A stretch of DNA of 40,726 nt, from the UHGV virus genome UHGV-0389734, one strand, 5' to 3'. Shown piece by piece: positions 35,943 to 40,726 of the stretch. The position numbers were made by a program, and so were the translations under genes. How positions within the stretch are numbered: position 1 is the stretch's first letter; each line of letters begins with the position of its first letter. This stretch comes from a virus. A model generated the notes under the pieces. That model was given only the letters and a program-made list of their open reading frames with translations. It had not been told where the DNA came from and made no database searches.

Positions 35943-36028
35943 TCTTTCTCTTCCTCCTGCTCTTCTGTTTCAAATGCTTTTTCCAGTTCCTCTGCGGATA
36001 CTCTGCCAAATTCGTTCTGTTCGCTCAT
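35940..36028 (-). CDS. 29-aa acidic micro-ORF translationally coupled to the endolysin gene (speculative)
   Basis: GGAGG RBS 7 nt before ATG. My translation MSEQNEFGRVSAEELEKAFETEEQEEEKE. Its stop overlaps the endolysin ATG (ATGA). Confidence 0.25.
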
Positions 36029-36071
36029 GTTCTCACCTCCTTGTGCGATGTCGCACAATAAAAGAGGACGA

Positions 36072-36524
36072 TTACTCGCCCTCCTGCTCCTGTGATTTAT
36101 TTGTTAAAACATCCAGTGCTTTTTTTAACGCTTCCGGATATTTCACGCCCATAATTCCAACATTTTCCAAAATCGAGATACCCTCATTTGCTATAAATGC
36201 CAGTACCACGGCTGTACGGATGTAGTCTACGCCGAGAGTAACATCCAGCCGATATGCAATAAGTACGATCAGTAGGGATACACCTTTTCTGCACAGACCT
36301 TTCCACGCAGAGTAACTACTTAGCGCACCGTTCTCCGATTTGTTGCTCTTTTTCCAGAAGGCAGCGATCAGCAATCCAAGAACAAAGTCTACACCCATAA
36401 AAATAAGTAATGTAGTCAAGTCCTCGGACCATCCTCCGATCAGATTTACGAAACCTCCTGCAATAGCTCCGAATACCATGCATAAAAACGCTTTTACATT
36501 TGCCAACTGCTCCATTTTCTTCAT
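36072..36524 (-). CDS. holin, 150 aa
   Basis: Three to four transmembrane helices and a charged C-terminus. Immediately upstream of the endolysin gene. Confidence 0.65.
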   Translation of the reverse strand: MKKMEQLANVKAFLCMVFGAIAGGFVNLIGGWSEDLTTLLIFMGVDFVLGLLIAAFWKKSNKSENGALSSYSAWKGLCRKGVSLLIVLIAYRLDVTLGVDYIRTAVVLAFIANEGISILENVGIMGVKYPEALKKALDVLTNKSQEQEGE

Positions 36525-36606
36525 ATCCTCACTTTCCTTTCTGTTTTTAAAGTATAAAAATAAGACCGTGAGGGTCTTGCTCTTATCTCCATATTTGCTC
36601 CTTTAA

Positions 36607-39600
36607 TCAATCATCTGTAATCCACGTGAACGTTGCGTGACGTTCTGTCCATGCGGCATTCTCCACATAAATCTTGATCCCCCCATCTTTTCCTATGCCG
36701 TATCTTCCCGTTCCAAATATGTTAGGTCCTGAAACTTCACTATAGGGAGCAAAGAAATCCATAACCGGTCGATATCCTACTGGAATTTTCACTTCGTTGA
36801 ATGGCCCGTATTCGCCACTTCCCGGAAATTGTGCAATCATTGTGATCTTGCATGTTACCATACATCCTCTTCTTTTTAGTTCTATACGGATGTTATTAGC
36901 GGAGTTTGCACTTGTATATGGACCTTTCACGGTACCGGAATCGTAAGAGATAGATTTTGTAAGCTGCTTAATTGTCCTAATAAGCCATATGCTATCTCCA
37001 TTTATGTTTGTCACCGAAAAGTCACGCATCTCCTCATCTCCGCGAATAGAGCATACCATAGATCCATTCGCGATATCATCTGCCATGCTACTGCCGCCGG
37101 AATAAAATTCTAATCCAGAGTAGTTTAATCGACTCCCCCAGTACCTAGACGCTGTAAACGATCTTACCATGTCAATATTCTCTTTTTTTACAAAAACGGA
37201 AATTGTACCGTCACTGCTTTTAGACACGATCTCTCCGGTGTCTACATTTATGTAAAAGTGTCCACCCTTACTCTTAATAAGTCCGGCTGTTACAGTTCCA
37301 AGGTTGGCAACGATCGCACTGAGCGTTTGCACGTCCAGATTCTCGACTGCGATATAATGGATCACCCACCTACTTCCATCCCACCGCTTGATCGGCTGAC
37401 CGGATGCTGTCTGCCATAACTGGCCAACTTTAGGATTTGACGGAGCCGTAGAAGATACAATTATGCCACTTGGTCCTGTTGCTCCTGTAGCACCGGTCGC
37501 TCCCTTATCACCATATGCTCCGATGATACATGGTGCTGATTGATACGTGCTACCATTTGTATAGGTAACAACTTCATAATTCCACAGATATTTTTTTGAC
37601 GCCGTTATTGCTTGTACAGTTGTAGTCCATCCTGATGTGGACGCCGACACACCGCTTCCGCTTGCCGTTGCAAGATAATAATTCGTGATAGACTTTATTC
37701 CGTTTCCAGTTACCCCTTGTGGTCCCGTTGCACCAGTTGCCCCCTGCGGTCCTTTCGGGCCAGTCGCTCCTTGTGGCCCCTGGGGACCTGTTGCACCTGC
37801 ATTCCCTTGAGGTCCTTGTGGACCGGTAGCTCCTGTTGCTCCTTTGTCTCCGTATATCCCGATTATTTTTGGTGTAGTGGTCGCTGTCGTATTATCTGTA
37901 AACGTAAATTTTTCATAGTTCCACAAGTATTTATTTGTTGCTGTCATCGTCGGAACTGATGTACTCCAACCGCTTGACGCTGTTGTAATTCCTATTTTTG
38001 CGGAAGAAATCAAATAATATTCTGTAATAGTTTTTATCCCTCTTCCTGATGTCCCCGCCGGCCCTTGTGGTCCATTATCACCTTGAGGTCCCGTTGCTCC
38101 CTGCGCGCCCTGTTTCGATTTCGAAACCGTAAACCGTCTTGTGATAGAATTTCCGTTGTATGTTACTTTAATGTCAACCCATCCGTTATCCGTAGATAGA
38201 GCGGATACCTTGTAAGTACGTGTACTTAAATCCCATGTACCAGCAATTCCGGAAGATTTTGTTACGGTGTAAGTAGCGACTTCTGAAACGTCCTGTGCGC
38301 CGTTGTAAACCTGCACTTTTGTAGAGCAATCTATAAAGTTTCCACCGTTTCCGTTTGTGTCTGTTGCTACTGTTTGGGAATCGTTGGACAATGTTACTAC
38401 TAAAGTTTCTATGTCCTCAGGAGCGGGAGACCAGTCTGTGGCTTTATTACCCTTTTCAAGTTTGATATTTCGAATTCTCCATTTTTTACCCACTTCATTA
38501 TTTGATAACATGAAATCTATTTTTCCATTTAAAGATGTAGATGGATATTTTAATTTCAATGAATATTTTGCAGGCGTTTTGTTAATTGTTTGATTTTGAT
38601 CTGGAGTACCAAAATCTGTTTCTAACACAGCAGTTTCAGCAACAGTGTCTACCAGATACGCTTCGTAACTCACTATGTATTCAACATTTTTTTCTGGTAT
38701 AAATTCTTGAACAAATCCAGACCATGTCCCACCAATCGTAACTTCACACCATCCATTAACCATCTGGAGAGATTTTGTATTACTACCTTTAATCCAATGG
38801 TTAAAAGTATTAAACCCTGTGTTTAATAGTAAATTCCTACCGCCAATCTCCAAATTATCCACATCCGTAAGCACAACAACACTCTGCGTATCCAAAGCAT
38901 TTATAGTCCCGTCTGCGCTGTAAAGCGTGCAACGGAGTATTTTCGCAGTTGCAGTCGGTGTATACTCCTTTGCACTTTCGTTCGCAGATGAGGTGTATTT
39001 CACGGAGTATGATGTTCCGTTGGTTGACTCTTCGATTTTAAATCTACCATTATATGGTATCCTTGTCGCACTGTCTCCATCTCGATAAAACGACCGGAAT
39101 GTTATTTTAGATGGTGTTAAAGCTCCGTCTGCACCTTTTTTAATAGCGGTATCGGACGCTTCCAGGATGTAGCTTCTTGAGTTTGTTCCGTCTTTTCCAT
39201 TTTCGCCTTTGATCTTTGTCCATGTATATTTCGTAGCATCTGTACTATCTGCCTGTGTATAATCTGTATACTGCCCGATATAGAGCTTATTTGTACCATC
39301 CGTGGTGGAAAATCCCGTCTTGCCATCTGCACTGTTTGCGTAGGCGATATGTAGATACGGGGTCTTTCCATCCGCTCCCGGCTTTCCGGGTGTTCCGTTT
39401 TCCCCGTTTGCGCCTTTGATCTTGCTCCATGCGTATTTTGTTGGGTCTGTGCTGTCGTTCGGAATAAAATCGACATACATTCCGATATATTCCCGATTAC
39501 TGTCAGAAACAGAAAAATCTTTAGACCCATCTGCGCTGTTTGCATAAGCAATGTGGGTGTACTGTGTTTTTCCGTCCTTCCCATCTTTTCCCGGGATTCC

Positions 39601-40726
39601 CTGATCCCCTTTTGGACCCTGTATACCATCCAATCCCGGAGCGCCTTGTGGACCCGGAGGTCCCTGTTCTCCTTTATCGCCTTTCTCGCCCTGAGGACCC
39701 TGTTCCCCGTCTTTTCCATCGGATACATCCGTAACCGTTACTTCTTCAAATCCCCTTAGGACTCCCTCTGTATCCCTTGCTTCAAATTTGTAGACCGCCT
39801 TGCTCTCCACATCCAAAGCTCGAACTTTTATGGCCCGACCGGCATAAATATGATTTCCATCCTTAAACCATCGAATTGTGAAATTGTCTGTCCGATCTAC
39901 CCCATTATCTATTACATTGGCAGTCAAGTTGGTAAAGCCTTCATTATTTTTAAATACAATTCCGTTATCCGTAGAGATACTGCTGGTGTAAATCTTTGTT
40001 TTGTTAATCAGATCCTCTACTTTCTGCAGCAAATCTTCAGAGATTTCCGACTGTAGCTCTTTAAAATTGGTAAAGACTGTCTTGTTTGCTTGCGGATTCG
40101 TGAAACTGCGAACCTGCTCCGATACTCTTGCACTCAAGTATAAGGTAGGAACGTACTCCTCATCTTCGATCTCCACGGTATCTCCGATAGCGGTATCAAA
40201 GTATCCCGTCACATCATAAGTCACGACCGGTTCAGATGCTGTTCTCAAGTCCGATAGCGCCATACTGTACAGTTTGTCTTTGTTATCCGTATCGTAGGAT
40301 TTTGGCATAAAGATGTATCCATCTTCCTTGTTTATCAGGTTTGATGGAAATCTGTCCCTTGCCTGCGGCGCCCGGATATCTGGACCTTGTGTATAAAACT
40401 CTACTACGCCGTTCTCATCCAGCTCTTCTTTCTCAATTCCCTGTATAGTCAGTCCATCCTTTCCTGTTGGACGGATACCGGTGTACAGATTTTCGATACT
40501 GGATTCCTTCCGGATGCCGGTAACATTTTTCCCGTACCGCAGTTTGATATCTCCCCGGAACTCCCCAACTCCCGTGTTATTGTCTGAGTGTTCCCGATAC
40601 ACGTTCATTACAATTTCTTTCAGTGAATAATCATCATTTAACACAGTCTGGAACTCAATCTCCGCATCGAATACATTCGCCACGGAAAAAAGACGGGATA
40701 ACACTGTCGCATCACCCGTCCATTCG
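36607..40726 (-). CDS. tail-associated/tail fibre protein with collagen-like repeats; 3' 4.1 kb of the gene, N-terminus beyond window end
   Basis: Frame open upstream of the GTG at 40704 to the window end. Three Gly-X-Y tracts (e.g. [22 protein letters not shown]). Two internally duplicated modules ([12 protein letters not shown]... twice; [10 protein letters not shown].../[10 protein letters not shown]... twice). Followed by the holin and lysin genes. Confidence 0.7.
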   Translation of the reverse strand, partial: EWTGDATVLSRLFSVANVFDAEIEFQTVLNDDYSLKEIVMNVYREHSDNNTGVGEFRGDIKLRYGKNVTGIRKESSIENLYTGIRPTGKDGLTIQGIEKEELDENGVVEFYTQGPDIRAPQARDRFPSNLINKEDGYIFMPKSYDTDNKDKLYSMALSDLRTASEPVVTYDVTGYFDTAIGDTVEIEDEEYVPTLYLSARVSEQVRSFTNPQANKTVFTNFKELQSEISEDLLQKVEDLINKTKIYTSSISTDNGIVFKNNEGFTNLTANVIDNGVDRTDNFTIRWFKDGNHIYAGRAIKVRALDVESKAVYKFEARDTEGVLRGFEEVTVTDVSDGKDGEQGPQGEKGDKGEQGPPGPQGAPGLDGIQGPKGDQGIPGKDGKDGKTQYTHIAYANSADGSKDFSVSDSNREYIGMYVDFIPNDSTDPTKYAWSKIKGANGENGTPGKPGADGKTPYLHIAYANSADGKTGFSTTDGTNKLYIGQYTDYTQADSTDATKYTWTKIKGENGKDGTNSRSYILEASDTAIKKGADGALTPSKITFRSFYRDGDSATRIPYNGRFKIEESTNGTSYSVKYTSSANESAKEYTPTATAKILRCTLYSADGTINALDTQSVVVLTDVDNLEIGGRNLLLNTGFNTFNHWIKGSNTKSLQMVNGWCEVTIGGTWSGFVQEFIPEKNVEYIVSYEAYLVDTVAETAVLETDFGTPDQNQTINKTPAKYSLKLKYPSTSLNGKIDFMLSNNEVGKKWRIRNIKLEKGNKATDWSPAPEDIETLVVTLSNDSQTVATDTNGNGGNFIDCSTKVQVYNGAQDVSEVATYTVTKSSGIAGTWDLSTRTYKVSALSTDNGWVDIKVTYNGNSITRRFTVSKSKQGAQGATGPQGDNGPQGPAGTSGRGIKTITEYYLISSAKIGITTASSGWSTSVPTMTATNKYLWNYEKFTFTDNTTATTTPKIIGIYGDKGATGATGPQGPQGNAGATGPQGPQGATGPKGPQGATGATGPQGVTGNGIKSITNYYLATASGSGVSASTSGWTTTVQAITASKKYLWNYEVVTYTNGSTYQSAPCIIGAYGDKGATGATGATGPSGIIVSSTAPSNPKVGQLWQTASGQPIKRWDGSRWVIHYIAVENLDVQTLSAIVANLGTVTAGLIKSKGGHFYINVDTGEIVSKSSDGTISVFVKKENIDMVRSFTASRYWGSRLNYSGLEFYSGGSSMADDIANGSMVCSIRGDEEMRDFSVTNINGDSIWLIRTIKQLTKSISYDSGTVKGPYTSANSANNIRIELKRRGCMVTCKITMIAQFPGSGEYGPFNEVKIPVGYRPVMDFFAPYSEVSGPNIFGTGRYGIGKDGGIKIYVENAAWTERHATFTWITDD

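Noticed and set aside
1-40726. Integrated prophage flanked by host genes and attL/attR
   Set aside because: No host-like genes at either end. The int and lysis genes are adjacent with an attP-like region between them, and both window ends fall inside the same tail gene.

Overview
The whole 40.7 kb window is phage DNA; no host genes are visible. It reads as a complete, circularly permuted genome of a temperate siphovirus. Codon usage, the GGAGG-type ribosome-binding sites and a Prp-type capsid protease point to a Firmicutes/Clostridia host.

The plus strand carries the lysogeny block at 30961-34853: cI-like repressor, ImmA/IrrE metalloprotease, an HsdR_N nuclease-domain protein, a lipoprotein and a tyrosine integrase.

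Almost everything else is on the minus strand, read from high to low coordinates:
- tail-associated fibre protein with collagen-like tracts (36607-40726, N-terminus off the window end), holin and amidase endolysin;
- Cro-like regulator, antirepressor and small early genes;
- recombination module: SMC-like ATPase, RecT, YqaJ-type exonuclease, HNH endonuclease and RusA;
- DnaD-like replisome organizer, a PP-loop (PAPS-reductase-like) protein, zinc-ribbon proteins, a sigma-like late activator and a tRNA(anticodon UAU);
- an AT-rich two-gene accessory block;
- terminase small and large subunits, portal, Mu-F-like head morphogenesis protein, Prp-like protease, scaffold, major capsid, head-tail joining proteins, major tail protein, the two tail-chaperone ORFs, tape measure, Dit, and the 5' end of the Tal gene running off position 1.

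The integrase and endolysin genes face each other across an attP-like repeat region. The Tal fragment at 1-425 is in frame with the Tal ORF at the window end. Together these indicate the sequence is the circular or excised form of the phage rather than an integrated prophage.

The candidates most likely to be new are:
- the AT-rich accessory block (a DUF2971-like protein plus a membrane/coiled-coil protein) between the tRNA and terS;
- the HsdR_N-plus-lipoprotein pair in the lysogeny module;
- a duplicated, covarying RNA-like element downstream of the capsid and tail genes;
- Prp-type LQLFA processing motifs on scaffold, capsid and major tail proteins.
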